Shown here: piece after piece, positions 25,600-34,688 of the stretch | Layout of the letters: every line of letters begins with the position of its first letter | Position numbering within the stretch: position 1 is the stretch's first letter | NCBI GenBank assembly: GCA_024692955.1 | Contig: JAILLW010000044.1 | Location: forward strand, 7,027-71,026 | DNA length: 64,000 nt | Reading direction: 5' to 3' | Source of the DNA: Lachnospiraceae bacterium | GTDB taxonomy: Bacteria; Bacillota; Clostridia; Lachnospirales; Lachnospiraceae | Program-made: the position numbers and the translations under genes | Notes under the pieces: model-generated | Told to the model about the DNA's origin: nothing | The model's input: the letters and a program-made list of their open reading frames with translations, nothing else | Databases searched by the model: none

Positions 25600-25652
25600 A
25601 ATTACTCCTTCCCGGGGATATAATATCCCTTCTTATGCATTTTCTGTATTAT

Positions 25653-25678
25653 TTATCGGAGTATTTTCCCGATACTTA
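25653..25678 (-). promoter_or_regulatory. Sigma-D/sigma-28-type promoter TAAG-N14-TCCGATAA upstream of flgM
   Basis: The minus strand reads GTTAAGTATCGGGAAAATACTCCGATAAAT, about 55 nt upstream of the flgM ATG. Confidence 0.45.
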
Positions 25679-25704
25679 ACCCCTGCAGGAAAAAAAACGA
25701 ATTT

Positions 25705-27333
25705 TTATTGCGGGGCCGCCTGAAGTACCACTTCGATGGTCTTTTTCTGATATCCTACGGGTGTTCCCTGCATGATCTGCAGCTGCACCGTCTGTCCGGC
25801 GGAGAAATAACTGAGCTCGTTCTTCAGATCGTCCATGCAGGAAATGTCTTCACCGTTCATCCCGGTGATGATATCACCCTTCATAAGTCCCGCGGCATCC
25901 GCTCCGGAACCTTCGTTCACGGAAGAAATGTAGACACCCATCGGGATCCCGTAACTCAGGGAAAGATCCGCGTCCACATCCACACCGGTGATGCCGAGGA
26001 CACCCTTGCTGCCTTCATCCACCCTTGTGCGGGTCTGCTTGTTGATCATATTCTCAATGATGGGCTTCGCGCTGGAGATCGGGATCGCGTATCCCATCCC
26101 TTCCACTACGGAGCCGCCGATCTTGTTGGAATTGATCCCGATCACTTCACCGCTGATATTAAGGAGCGCGCCGCCGGAATTGCCCGGATTGATGGCCGCG
26201 TCCGTCTGGATAAAGGTCGCGATCTCCTTGTCACCGTATTCCTCATCCGACAGAGCAGCCGCGATGGGCCGGTTGAGGGCCGATACGACACCGGTGGTAA
26301 CGGACTGTCCGTAGCCGAGGGAATTGCCGATGGCGATCACGGGCTCGCCCACTGTCAGTGTATCCGAGTCGCCCAGTTTCGCTACGGAAATCGCGTTCTT
26401 TGTATCGGCAGAGATCAGTGCCGTCTGAACGGAAATCACCGCCAGATCCTTATCCGCGTCCTTCCCTTCCAGTTTTGCTTCCGCCTCCGAATTGTCGTCA
26501 AAGGTGACCGTAAGCTCCTTGGCATCCTTTACCACATGATAGTTCGTCACGATCAGCAGCTGATCGTCGTTCTGTCCGACGATGATCCCGCTTCCCGCGC
26601 CTTCCGCGTCCTGGTAGTAGGTCTGCCCGAAGTAATTGAGCATTTCCGTATATTTATTGTTCACGGAAACCAGCGCCGGCATCGTATTCTTAACGACCTC
26701 CGTCACATCCGTCACCGTCGTGGTCACGACATTCTGTATGGGATCCCCCGTCGAAGAAGCTGCCGGAGCAGCGGTCGTCTGATTGTCCGGAAGGAGGGTC
26801 TCAACGGGATCCGTTGTCGTTGCCGCCGCAGTGCTCTGCGATGCGGCAACCGTATCGATGGCTGCCTGATCCTGTTTATCCGAAGAGGTTTCGATCGAAG
26901 GGATCCTTTCCTTTACGAAATTGCCGGCAGCCGATACCGCGAGGAATCCGCCTCCCGCAAATACACCGAATACTACTCCGATGAGAGCCCCCGCAAGGAC
27001 CTTCTTCATGATGCCGCCCTTTTTCCGCGGCGCTGCCGCCTTCGGTGCAGGAGAAGGTACCGATGCTCTCGCGGTCTGCGGTCCCGACGCGGAAGCCGTG
27101 CCCTGTGAATATCCGCTCTGCGTATAGCTGCTCTGCGTATAGCCGTTCTGCGTATATCCGCCCTGCGTATAGCCGCTTCCGGTATAGCCGCTCCGGCTGT
27201 AGGTGTCCTGGGAATAGGCGCGCTGCGTATAACCGTTTCGGTTCAGAGAGCTTTCCGAAGCCCCCCGGCCCGTTCCGCTGCTGCTGTGATAATAATCGTT
27301 CAAACCGTTTCTGTAGCCCTGATTGCCATCCAT
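25705..27333 (-). CDS. htrA: HtrA/DegP-type S1C serine protease with one PDZ domain and a repetitive Gly/Tyr/Thr/Gln N-terminal tail
   Basis: 542 aa. Catalytic context TNYHVV, DLAVI, GNSGGALL. C-terminal PDZ (GVYISSVNEGSGADAAGLMKGDIITGMNG). One TM helix follows the repeat region. Confidence 0.85.
   Translation of the reverse strand: MDGNQGYRNGLNDYYHSSSGTGRGASESSLNRNGYTQRAYSQDTYSRSGYTGSGYTQGGYTQNGYTQSSYTQSGYSQGTASASGPQTARASVPSPAPKAAAPRKKGGIMKKVLAGALIGVVFGVFAGGGFLAVSAAGNFVKERIPSIETSSDKQDQAAIDTVAASQSTAAATTTDPVETLLPDNQTTAAPAASSTGDPIQNVVTTTVTDVTEVVKNTMPALVSVNNKYTEMLNYFGQTYYQDAEGAGSGIIVGQNDDQLLIVTNYHVVKDAKELTVTFDDNSEAEAKLEGKDADKDLAVISVQTALISADTKNAISVAKLGDSDTLTVGEPVIAIGNSLGYGQSVTTGVVSALNRPIAAALSDEEYGDKEIATFIQTDAAINPGNSGGALLNISGEVIGINSNKIGGSVVEGMGYAIPISSAKPIIENMINKQTRTRVDEGSKGVLGITGVDVDADLSLSYGIPMGVYISSVNEGSGADAAGLMKGDIITGMNGEDISCMDDLKNELSYFSAGQTVQLQIMQGTPVGYQKKTIEVVLQAAPQ
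27118..27192 (-). repeat. About 5 tandem copies of a 15-bp unit (ctgcgtatagccgyt) encoding the (S/G)GYTQ-type pentapeptide repeats of HtrA
   Basis: Read directly. The in-frame units start at 27118, 27133, 27148, 27163 and 27178. Confidence 0.75.
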
Positions 27334-27493
27334 TTTGTCATTCCTCCTTTATTTCCTGCGGATCGTCTTTCCTATGTATCCATACGGAAAGCCGCTTCTT
27401 TTTGTTCCTTCAGAAATAAAGTCTAATCTCCCTTTGTGTCAGTATTGTGAAAAAACGCTGAGCAATCTGTGTTCTTTCTTAAAAAAATCTAAA

Positions 27494-29320
27494 CTACTCA
27501 ACCGTGACGGACTTCGCGAGGTTTCTCGGCTTGTCCACATCATTTCCCTTGCCCACCGATACATAATAGGCAAAGAGATGAAGCGGGATGATGGCGAGAG
27601 AATTCGTGAAATACCGGTTCGTCAGCGGGATATAGATCACATAATCGGCGACCTTCTCGATATCCGGATGCCCGGCGTTCGTAAGAGCCAGAACGAAGGC
27701 TCCCCTGGATTTCACCTCCACGATGTTGCTTACCGTCTTCGCATAGAGATCCTCCTGGGTCAGTGCCGCCATTACGAGCGTCCCCTCCTCGATGAGCGAG
27801 ATCGGTCCGTGTTTCAGTTCGCCGGCCGCATAGGCCTCGGAATGAAGGTAGGAAATCTCCTTCAGTTTCAGAGAACCCTCCATGGAAAGCGAGTAATCGA
27901 GCCCGCGTCCGATGAAAAAGATGCTCTTCGCCGCCAGATAACGGTTCGCAAAGCGCTGGATCCTCTCCTTGTTCGAAAGCAGCATCTCGATCTGCTCGGG
28001 AAGCTTTTTAAGATCCCTGAGAAGCTGCTGGTATTCCTTCCCGTCGATGGTGCCTCTTATATCCGAAAAATACATTGCGATGAGATACAGGGCGATAAGC
28101 TGGGCGGAATAGGCCTTGGTCGATGCCACCGCGATCTCGGGGCCCGCCCAGGTATACATGACGCTGTCCGCCTCGCGGGCGATGGAAGATCCGACCACGT
28201 TCACGATCGCAAGCACCGTTGCCCCCTTCTCCCTGGAATTCCGGAGCGCCTGCAGGGTATCCGCGGTCTCCCCGGACTGCGAGATCACGATCACGAGCTC
28301 ACCTTTCTCGATGATCGGGTTCCGATAGCGGAATTCGGATGCCATATCGACTTCCACCCGAAGCCTTGCCATCCGTTCGATAATGTATTTGGCCGCGACT
28401 CCGGCGTGGTAGGCCGTGCCGCAGGCAACAATGTGAATCCTCTTCAGATCCCGGATCTCTTCTTCGGAGAGCTTCAGTTCATCGAGCACGATCCGGTCTC
28501 CGCAAAGATGCTTTTCATAGGTCTCCCGGACGGCTTTCGGCTGTTCGTGCATCTCCTTCATCATGAAATGCTCGTAGCCGCCCTTCTGCACCGCCTCGAC
28601 GTCCCAGTCGATATGCGTGGATTCCTTCGGGATCTCTTCCTCATCCACGTTGTAGAACGTCAGCCGGTCCTCTTTCAGCATGACCACTTCCTGGTTCTCG
28701 ATGAAGTAGACATCCCGCGTATATTTCAGGATTGCCGGCACATCCGAGGCAATGAAGCACCCTTCGTCATTCTGTCCGACGACGAGCGGGCTGTCCTTCC
28801 TTACCGCATAGAGCGTATCCGGATGATCCGAGAAAAGGATCCCCAGTGCATACGAGCCTTCCACGCGGTGCATGACCTTTGTGATCGCCTCGAGCGGGTT
28901 TCCCTTATAATAATAATCCGTCAGATGGGCAAGCACCTCCGTATCCGTTTCGGAGCGGAATTCATATCCCTTCCTGACCAGCTTTTCCTTGATCTTCCGG
29001 TAGTTTTCGATGATCCCGTTGTGTACGACGGCGATCGTTTCATCCTTATTGAAATGAGGATGGGCGTTGATGTCCGTGGGCTGCCCGTGCGTGGCCCAGC
29101 GTGTATGTCCGATCCCGGAGGTCCCGGGCACTGTCTGTCCGTCGTGGGTAAGCTCCTCCAGCGCCTTCAGCCGCCCCGCCGTCTTTACGATATTGATCCT
29201 TGTTCCGTCAAAGACCGCCAGTCCGGCGGAGTCATACCCCCGGTATTCCAGCTTGTCCAGCCCGTCCAGAAGGATCGGCGCCGCCTGACGTTTTCCTATA
29301 TATCCGACAATTCCGCACAT
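27494..29320 (-). CDS. glmS: Glutamine--fructose-6-phosphate aminotransferase
   Basis: 608 aa. Reads MCGIVGYIG (N-terminal nucleophile Cys), has two SIS domains and ends ...NLAKSVTVE. Confidence 0.95.
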   Translation of the reverse strand: MCGIVGYIGKRQAAPILLDGLDKLEYRGYDSAGLAVFDGTRINIVKTAGRLKALEELTHDGQTVPGTSGIGHTRWATHGQPTDINAHPHFNKDETIAVVHNGIIENYRKIKEKLVRKGYEFRSETDTEVLAHLTDYYYKGNPLEAITKVMHRVEGSYALGILFSDHPDTLYAVRKDSPLVVGQNDEGCFIASDVPAILKYTRDVYFIENQEVVMLKEDRLTFYNVDEEEIPKESTHIDWDVEAVQKGGYEHFMMKEMHEQPKAVRETYEKHLCGDRIVLDELKLSEEEIRDLKRIHIVACGTAYHAGVAAKYIIERMARLRVEVDMASEFRYRNPIIEKGELVIVISQSGETADTLQALRNSREKGATVLAIVNVVGSSIAREADSVMYTWAGPEIAVASTKAYSAQLIALYLIAMYFSDIRGTIDGKEYQQLLRDLKKLPEQIEMLLSNKERIQRFANRYLAAKSIFFIGRGLDYSLSMEGSLKLKEISYLHSEAYAAGELKHGPISLIEEGTLVMAALTQEDLYAKTVSNIVEVKSRGAFVLALTNAGHPDIEKVADYVIYIPLTNRYFTNSLAIIPLHLFAYYVSVGKGNDVDKPRNLAKSVTVE

Positions 29321-29334
29321 GGTATCTTTCCTCC

Positions 29335-30279
29335 TTAGCCTTCATCCCCTTTTTCCGGGTGAAGGAGTCTTCCCCTGATCCACAGGGGTAGTTTATCATA
29401 TCTTTCCCCCAAAGTGTAGCCCGCGTATTTGCAGGCGCTCTGCCAGATGAGTGGTATGAGCATGAATATCAGTCCTTTTTTGCAAAGCCGCTCCGCCGTC
29501 TTTTTCACAAGCCGCATCCCTTCACCGGAAGCCTTCACATCCGAAAAGGTCTCCGGATGGTCCGCATGGGAAACTCCGTTCTGAAAGTTCCGTCGGAACT
29601 GCTGCGCTCCCGTATAGCTGTGAGAGTGAAATACCTTCGCCTCCGCACGGTAGGCGATCAGCTTTTTGTCATTGATCAGCTTTCGCGCGTAGATCATATC
29701 CTCATTAAAGGAAACGTGAGCCGGGAAGCCTCCGAGTTCGTCAAAGAAGGACCTCCGGTACATACAGCATACATTGGAGGCAAAAAAGGCTTTGATCCCG
29801 AGACGTTCAAGATCCCCGGCACCTTTTTTCAAAGAGACGGGCGGATAGTTGAAGTGCCTCGTATATTTTTCGATAACACCCGCTCTTTTATTGGCGATCT
29901 GCCTTGCGTAGGCCATCCCCACCTCCGGGTCCTCAAAGGCTTCAAGAAGATTTCCGATAAGATCCGGATCCGCCGGCACCGCGTCATCCGTCATGAGAAG
30001 AAAGAAAGGGCTCTTCGAGAGCGAAACGCCGAAATTCCTGGTCCCGCCGTGGTCAAAGTCTTCCTTTTCGATATGATGAACCTCCAGAAACGGATAACGG
30101 GCGCAGACATCATAGGAGGAAAAAAACTTCTCCCAATGCTCGCGCCCTGTATTGATCACGATGACCCTGCCTGCCGGAACCTTTGAGCGTTCCAGCATAA
30201 GCAGGGTCGTCAGCAGCTTTTCTGTTGGTCTGTATACCGGGATGATCACATCCACCGGTTCCGGATGGGTCTTCGTCAT
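29335..30279 (-). CDS. Glycosyltransferase family 2
   Basis: 314 aa. Reads VDVIIPVYRPTEKLLTTLLMLERS...VIVINTG...LLMTDDAVP. It ends 14 nt before the glmS start. Confidence 0.75.
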   Translation of the reverse strand: MTKTHPEPVDVIIPVYRPTEKLLTTLLMLERSKVPAGRVIVINTGREHWEKFFSSYDVCARYPFLEVHHIEKEDFDHGGTRNFGVSLSKSPFFLLMTDDAVPADPDLIGNLLEAFEDPEVGMAYARQIANKRAGVIEKYTRHFNYPPVSLKKGAGDLERLGIKAFFASNVCCMYRRSFFDELGGFPAHVSFNEDMIYARKLINDKKLIAYRAEAKVFHSHSYTGAQQFRRNFQNGVSHADHPETFSDVKASGEGMRLVKKTAERLCKKGLIFMLIPLIWQSACKYAGYTLGERYDKLPLWIRGRLLHPEKGDEG

Positions 30280-31637
30280 TTCACATATTGCGAGGTCTCG
30301 GACCTGATCTTGTCGCTGTAGGCTTTGACCGAACTCGAAGGCTCATAGGTGGGATCCTCGAACATGAATTCATGGAGCCATACCACATTTTCATAAAGAT
30401 CGGCAGGCACCACACAGGAGCCTTTCTTTCCGATGGTTCCGGTCTTCAGAAGGTCCTCTCTCGGGAAGCCGGTTTCTCCCACGACTTCGTACTTGCTGAT
30501 ATTTCCCAGCACTTCGATGATGTCCTCAAGATCCAGGGAGGTGTAGGTCTTTTCAAAGACCTTTGTCGCGATCTCGGAAAGCTTCGCGGGAGATGCTTTC
30601 TTCGCCTTGTCCAGGCAGGCAAGGAGTACGTCCCTCTGCCTCTGGGTCCTTTCAAAATCGCTCCCCACATAGCGGATCCGGCAGTAGGCCGTGGCCTGCA
30701 GACCGTTCAGGGTCTGAAGTCCCGCGCTCTTTACCGGGATGTAATCGGAGCCCTCGTTGGCGGTGAAATGCTCACCGTCGCTGGATTTACCCACCATACT
30801 GATCTGGTAGTTGTTAAGATGTATGATCTCGCTTTCCTTTACATTGATCTCCACGCCGCCCAGAGCGTCGATCGTCTCCCTTAAGCCCTCAAAGCCCACG
30901 GTGATGAAATCCGTGACATTGAGATCCAGGTTCATGTTCAGCATATTAATCGCCTGCTTCGGGCCTCCCTTGGCATAGGCGGCATTGCACTTGTTGTAGC
31001 TGTCGTTGCTGAGGTTCAGGAAGGTGTCGCGGTATACGGAAACCAGTCTGCATTCCCCGGTATCCATATTTATGGATGCGATCATGATCGTATCGGATCT
31101 TGTATTTTTCGTCAGAGCACCCTCACGGGAGTCCACACCGAAAAGCGCGATATTCCGGTAGCCCTTCATCGCGGATACGCTCTCCGCTCCGTCACCGCTT
31201 GTAGCGGTCAGTTTCTCTTTCAGCTCCTCGTTGATCACGATATCGTCCACGTCCAGTTCGACCTTGCCGACCTTCTCCGTTTTCAGAACGGACCAGAGGA
31301 AAACTCCCATCGCCACAAGGGCCGCGATCTCAACCACGAAAAGAATGATCTTTCCGGGAGTGATCTTTTTCTTTGCGGACGCGGGGCGGGGTCTTTTTCC
31401 GCCGGACGCGGGCCGTCCCTGAGGGCGGGGTCTTGCGCCCGAGCCTCCGGATGATCCTTCACGGGCACGGGCCGAAGCGGCCGCGGCACGACGCTCTTCC
31501 GGTCCGGGGGCTTTTCTTCTTTCTTCCGCTCCCTGCGGACGGGGTCTTGCTCCCTGAGGACGCCTTGCGCCGGATACCCCTTTTTGAAGCTGTCCCCGGG
31601 AAGATCCGCCCGGGCTTCTTCTGTTCTCCTGATCCAT
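30276..31637 (-). CDS. LytR-CpsA-Psr (LCP) family glycopolymer-to-peptidoglycan ligase with an Arg/Pro/Gly-rich cytoplasmic tail
   Basis: 453 aa. Reads NIALFGVDSREG...RSDTIMIASINMDTGECRLVSVYRDT. The N-terminal ~95 aa are low complexity (GARPRPQG appears twice), followed by one TM helix. Confidence 0.85.
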   Translation of the reverse strand: MDQENRRSPGGSSRGQLQKGVSGARRPQGARPRPQGAEERRKAPGPEERRAAAASARAREGSSGGSGARPRPQGRPASGGKRPRPASAKKKITPGKIILFVVEIAALVAMGVFLWSVLKTEKVGKVELDVDDIVINEELKEKLTATSGDGAESVSAMKGYRNIALFGVDSREGALTKNTRSDTIMIASINMDTGECRLVSVYRDTFLNLSNDSYNKCNAAYAKGGPKQAINMLNMNLDLNVTDFITVGFEGLRETIDALGGVEINVKESEIIHLNNYQISMVGKSSDGEHFTANEGSDYIPVKSAGLQTLNGLQATAYCRIRYVGSDFERTQRQRDVLLACLDKAKKASPAKLSEIATKVFEKTYTSLDLEDIIEVLGNISKYEVVGETGFPREDLLKTGTIGKKGSCVVPADLYENVVWLHEFMFEDPTYEPSSSVKAYSDKIRSETSQYVK

Positions 31638-31669
31638 TTGTTTCCGTCTCCTTAAAGTTTATTCCCGTT

Positions 31670-33016
31670 TCAGGCCAGATGCCCCTGCGCACTGATCACA
31701 TCGATCACGCTGTCGACATAATTTTCGCAGATCTCATCGCTTCCGGCTTCGACCATGACCCGGATCACCGGTTCGGTACCGCTCTCGCGCACCAGGATCC
31801 TTCCTTCGTCGCCGAGCGCTTCCGCCACGGCCGCCACGGCCTTCTGAACCTCGGGATCGTTCTGCGCCTCAGGCTTGCTCTTCACACGGACATTCTTCAG
31901 CACCTGGGGATAGAATACCACGGGAGCAGCCAGTTCGCTCATCGGCTTTTCCTTCGCAAGCATGACTTCCATCAGCTTCAGCGAGGTCAGGATCCCGTCT
32001 CCGGTGGTCTCGTATTTCGAAAAGATGATATGGCCGCTCTGCTCGCCGCCGATCCGGTTGCCCGTCTGAACCATGTTCTCATAAACATACTTGTCGCCGA
32101 CTTTGGTCTTCTCATATTCGATCCCGACTTTGTCGAGGGCCTTGTAGAGGCCGAAATTGCTCATTACCGTCGTAACAACCTTATTGTTCAGAAGCTTGCC
32201 TCTTTCTTTCATATACAGGCCGTAGATATAAAGGATGTGATCCCCCGTCACCACATTGCCCTTTTCATCGACCGCAAGACAGCGGTCCGCATCTCCGTCA
32301 TAGGCAAAGCCGATATCCAGGCCCTTTTCCGTGACGAATTTCTGAAGATGCTCAATGTGGGTGGAGCCGCAGTCCGTATTGATATTGTAGCCGTCGGGGC
32401 TGTCGTTCATTACGTAAGTCTTGGCACCGAGCGCGTCAAAAACGCCCTTTGCGATCTGCCAGGCCGCGCCGTTCGCGACATCCAGGCCAACCTTTACGTC
32501 CTTGAAGCTGTACTTGGACATGGAGATGAGGTAGCCGATATAGCGGTTCCGGCCTGCCACATAGTCCACCGTGCGGCCGATCTTATCCCGTTCCGCCACC
32601 GGAATCTCAGTCTTTCCGTCGATATAATCCTCGATCTTCAGGATCGTCTCCTCGTCCATCTTCTCGCCGCTTCCGTTCAGAAGTTTGATCCCGTTGTCAT
32701 AATAGGGATTGTGGGACGCGGAAATCATGATGCCGCAGTCAAAATCATCCACGCGCGTGATATAGGAAACGGAAGGCGTCGTCGTAACGTGCATGATATA
32801 CGCATCCGCACCGGAAGCCATAAGCCCCGTGCAGAGCGCGTACTCGAACATATAGCTTGAGCGCCTTGTGTCCTTTCCGATCACGATCTTCGCGTTCTTT
32901 CCTTCCCTTGCCCCGTAATACCAGCCGAGATACCGGCCGATTTTGATCGCGTGTTCAAATGTCAGATTCCTGTTTGCTTCGCCGCGGAAGCCGTCTGTTC
33001 CGAAATATTTACCCAT
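31670..33016 (-). CDS. glmM: Phosphoglucosamine mutase
   Basis: 448 aa. Motifs YFGTDGFRG, SASHNPYYDNGIK, AYDGDADR and GGEQSGH. Confidence 0.9.
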   Translation of the reverse strand: MGKYFGTDGFRGEANRNLTFEHAIKIGRYLGWYYGAREGKNAKIVIGKDTRRSSYMFEYALCTGLMASGADAYIMHVTTTPSVSYITRVDDFDCGIMISASHNPYYDNGIKLLNGSGEKMDEETILKIEDYIDGKTEIPVAERDKIGRTVDYVAGRNRYIGYLISMSKYSFKDVKVGLDVANGAAWQIAKGVFDALGAKTYVMNDSPDGYNINTDCGSTHIEHLQKFVTEKGLDIGFAYDGDADRCLAVDEKGNVVTGDHILYIYGLYMKERGKLLNNKVVTTVMSNFGLYKALDKVGIEYEKTKVGDKYVYENMVQTGNRIGGEQSGHIIFSKYETTGDGILTSLKLMEVMLAKEKPMSELAAPVVFYPQVLKNVRVKSKPEAQNDPEVQKAVAAVAEALGDEGRILVRESGTEPVIRVMVEAGSDEICENYVDSVIDVISAQGHLA

Positions 33017-33674
33017 TCTCTCTTTTCCTCACTGTTTCTCCGTTGTTCTTGTAGATGGAATCCGCCGGTACCACACCCCGCACGCAGGACGTGGGATAGA
33101 TGTTGGAATTTCTCCCCACTACGGTTCCGGGATTGCAGACGGAATTGCAGCCGACCTCCACATGATCTCCGAGCATTGCGCCGAATTTCTTAATGCCGGT
33201 CTCCACTTCTTCCGTTCCGTTATGCACGACTACGAGCTGCTTGTCCGATTTCACATTGGATGTGATGGAGCCGGCTCCCATGTGCGAATAATATCCGAGG
33301 ATCGAGTCCCCGACATAGTTGTAATGCGGTGTCTGAACATGATCGAAGAGGATCACATTCTTAAGCTCCACGGAATTCCCGACCACGCAGTTTGCGCCGA
33401 CGAGAGCCGAGCCGCGGATGAACGCGCAGTGCCGTACTTCCGTCTCGGGCCCGATGATGCAGGGTGCGCCGAGGTAGGCCGAGTCAAATACCTTTGCGGT
33501 CTTGTGGACCCAGACATGCTCCGAGCGCTCCTCATAGTCGTCTCCGAGGGTGGGTCCGAGCGCAAGGATCAGGTCCTTGATCCCCTTCAGCGCCTCCCAG
33601 GGATAGGTAAACTGCAAAAGATAATCTTTTGCCAGAGTATGATCGAGATCATACAGATCTTTTATCGTATACAT
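33009..33674 (-). CDS. Left-handed beta-helix protein resembling the acetyltransferase (C-terminal) half of GlmU
   Basis: 221 aa. Hexapeptide turns (IGPETEVRHCAFIRGSALVGANCVVGNSVELKNVIL...GDHVEVGCNSVCNPGTVVG). There is no nucleotidyltransferase domain. It sits between nagB and glmM. Confidence 0.6.
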   Translation of the reverse strand: MYTIKDLYDLDHTLAKDYLLQFTYPWEALKGIKDLILALGPTLGDDYEERSEHVWVHKTAKVFDSAYLGAPCIIGPETEVRHCAFIRGSALVGANCVVGNSVELKNVILFDHVQTPHYNYVGDSILGYYSHMGAGSITSNVKSDKQLVVVHNGTEEVETGIKKFGAMLGDHVEVGCNSVCNPGTVVGRNSNIYPTSCVRGVVPADSIYKNNGETVRKRENG

Positions 33675-33675
33675 C

Positions 33676-34467
33676 CTAAAGCCTCTCTTTCTTTTCGATA
33701 TCCAGGAAGTATTTGTAGGTATCCACGGTCAGCTCGCCGCAGGCCTCCTCATCGCAGGCGATGATGGCGCCGTTGTGCATCTGGAGCGCGGAACAGGTCC
33801 ACTTCTGGCTGACAGCACCCTCTACGGTCGCCGCAAGGGCTCTTGCCTTGTTGTGCCCGGAAATGAGGACCAGTACCTCTCTGGAATCCGTGACGGTCCC
33901 GATCCCTACGGAAAGTGCCTTCGCGGGAACCTTCTCCGGGTCGTTTCCGAAAAACCGGCTGTTGACGATCCTGGTATCCGTGGTAAGATCACGTACTCCG
34001 GTGCGCGAGGAAAGGCTCGTGTACGGCTCGTTAAACGCCAGATGACCGTCCACGCCGATGCCGCCCATGAAGAGATCGATGCCGCCGTAGGAAGCGATCT
34101 TCTCCTCATATCTTCTGCACTCGCCCTCCGGATCGTCCGTCATGCCGTTCAGAATGTTGATGTTTTCCGGCTTCATGTCCGTCAGATGATCGAAAAGATT
34201 GTCATGCATGAAATACCAGTAGCTCTGGTCGTGCTCTCTGGGGAGCCCGAGATATTCATCCATGTTAAAGGTCACTACATCAGCAAAAGAAAGCTCGCCC
34301 GCCTTATTCATGCGGACAAGCTCTTTATACACTCCGATGGGCGATGAACCGGTGGGAAGTCCCAGAACGAACGGACGGTCTTCCCTGTGTCCGTTGATCT
34401 TTCCGGCGATATAGGCTGCCGCCCATTTGCACATTTTGTCGTAGTTGTCCTGTATCACAACTCTCAT
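33676..34467 (-). CDS. nagB: Glucosamine-6-phosphate deaminase/isomerase
   Basis: 263 aa. Motifs LGLPTGSSPIGVY, FNMDEY and GIGVDGHLAFNEP. Confidence 0.9.
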   Translation of the reverse strand: MRVVIQDNYDKMCKWAAAYIAGKINGHREDRPFVLGLPTGSSPIGVYKELVRMNKAGELSFADVVTFNMDEYLGLPREHDQSYWYFMHDNLFDHLTDMKPENINILNGMTDDPEGECRRYEEKIASYGGIDLFMGGIGVDGHLAFNEPYTSLSSRTGVRDLTTDTRIVNSRFFGNDPEKVPAKALSVGIGTVTDSREVLVLISGHNKARALAATVEGAVSQKWTCSALQMHNGAIIACDEEACGELTVDTYKYFLDIEKKERL

Positions 34468-34504
34468 GATCGTGTCTCCTTTTCATGTGATAATGATCCG
34501 CAGA

Positions 34505-34640
34505 AACGGAAGAAGCTTTGTTACAGTGTCGATTCTGCTTTTTGCCTTCTTCCTCACGACCTCTGCCTTGGCCGCAGCAGCATCCGCCGAGTCTTTCGAT
34601 CGCTGCTGTCCTCGTCAACCGGTTCCGGTCCAGGCGCTAA
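34505..34640 (-). ncRNA. glmS ribozyme: glmS ribozyme (GlcN6P-dependent self-cleaving riboswitch)
   Basis: The minus strand reads UUA|GCGCCUGGACCGGAACCGGUUGACGAGGACAGCAGCGAUCGAAAGACUCGGCGGAUGCUGCUG...GGAAGAAGGCAAAAAGCAGAAUCGACACUGUAACAAAGCUUCUUCC. All elements I recall as conserved are present: the A|GCGCC cleavage site, a P1 hairpin, GACGAGGA, AUCGAA, CGGCGGAUGC and a P4 stem with AACAAAG. The boundaries are approximate. Confidence 0.85.
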
Positions 34641-34688
34641 CATGGCCCCTTTGTCCTCCTTTGCGGGAATCATGTTTTACAGGACAGA

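Noticed and set aside
27334-27493. Terminator between glmS and htrA.
   Set aside because: I found only weak, imperfect hairpins (for example CUUUCC...GGAAAG around 27375-27400) and an isolated U-run without a preceding stem. That is not enough to call a terminator.
29321-29334. I expected a glmS ribozyme immediately upstream of glmS.
   Set aside because: Only 14 nt separate glmS from the preceding GT2 gene, and no ribozyme core motifs are there. The ribozyme is instead at about 34505-34640, in front of nagB.
27323-29338. 671-aa plus-strand ORF exactly opposite glmS.
   Set aside because: It is an antisense shadow of a confidently identified, highly conserved gene. Its translation is low complexity (Arg/Leu/Pro/Gly-rich) with no recognisable domain and no RBS. 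The codon bias of the minus-strand gene removes stop codons in the opposite frame.
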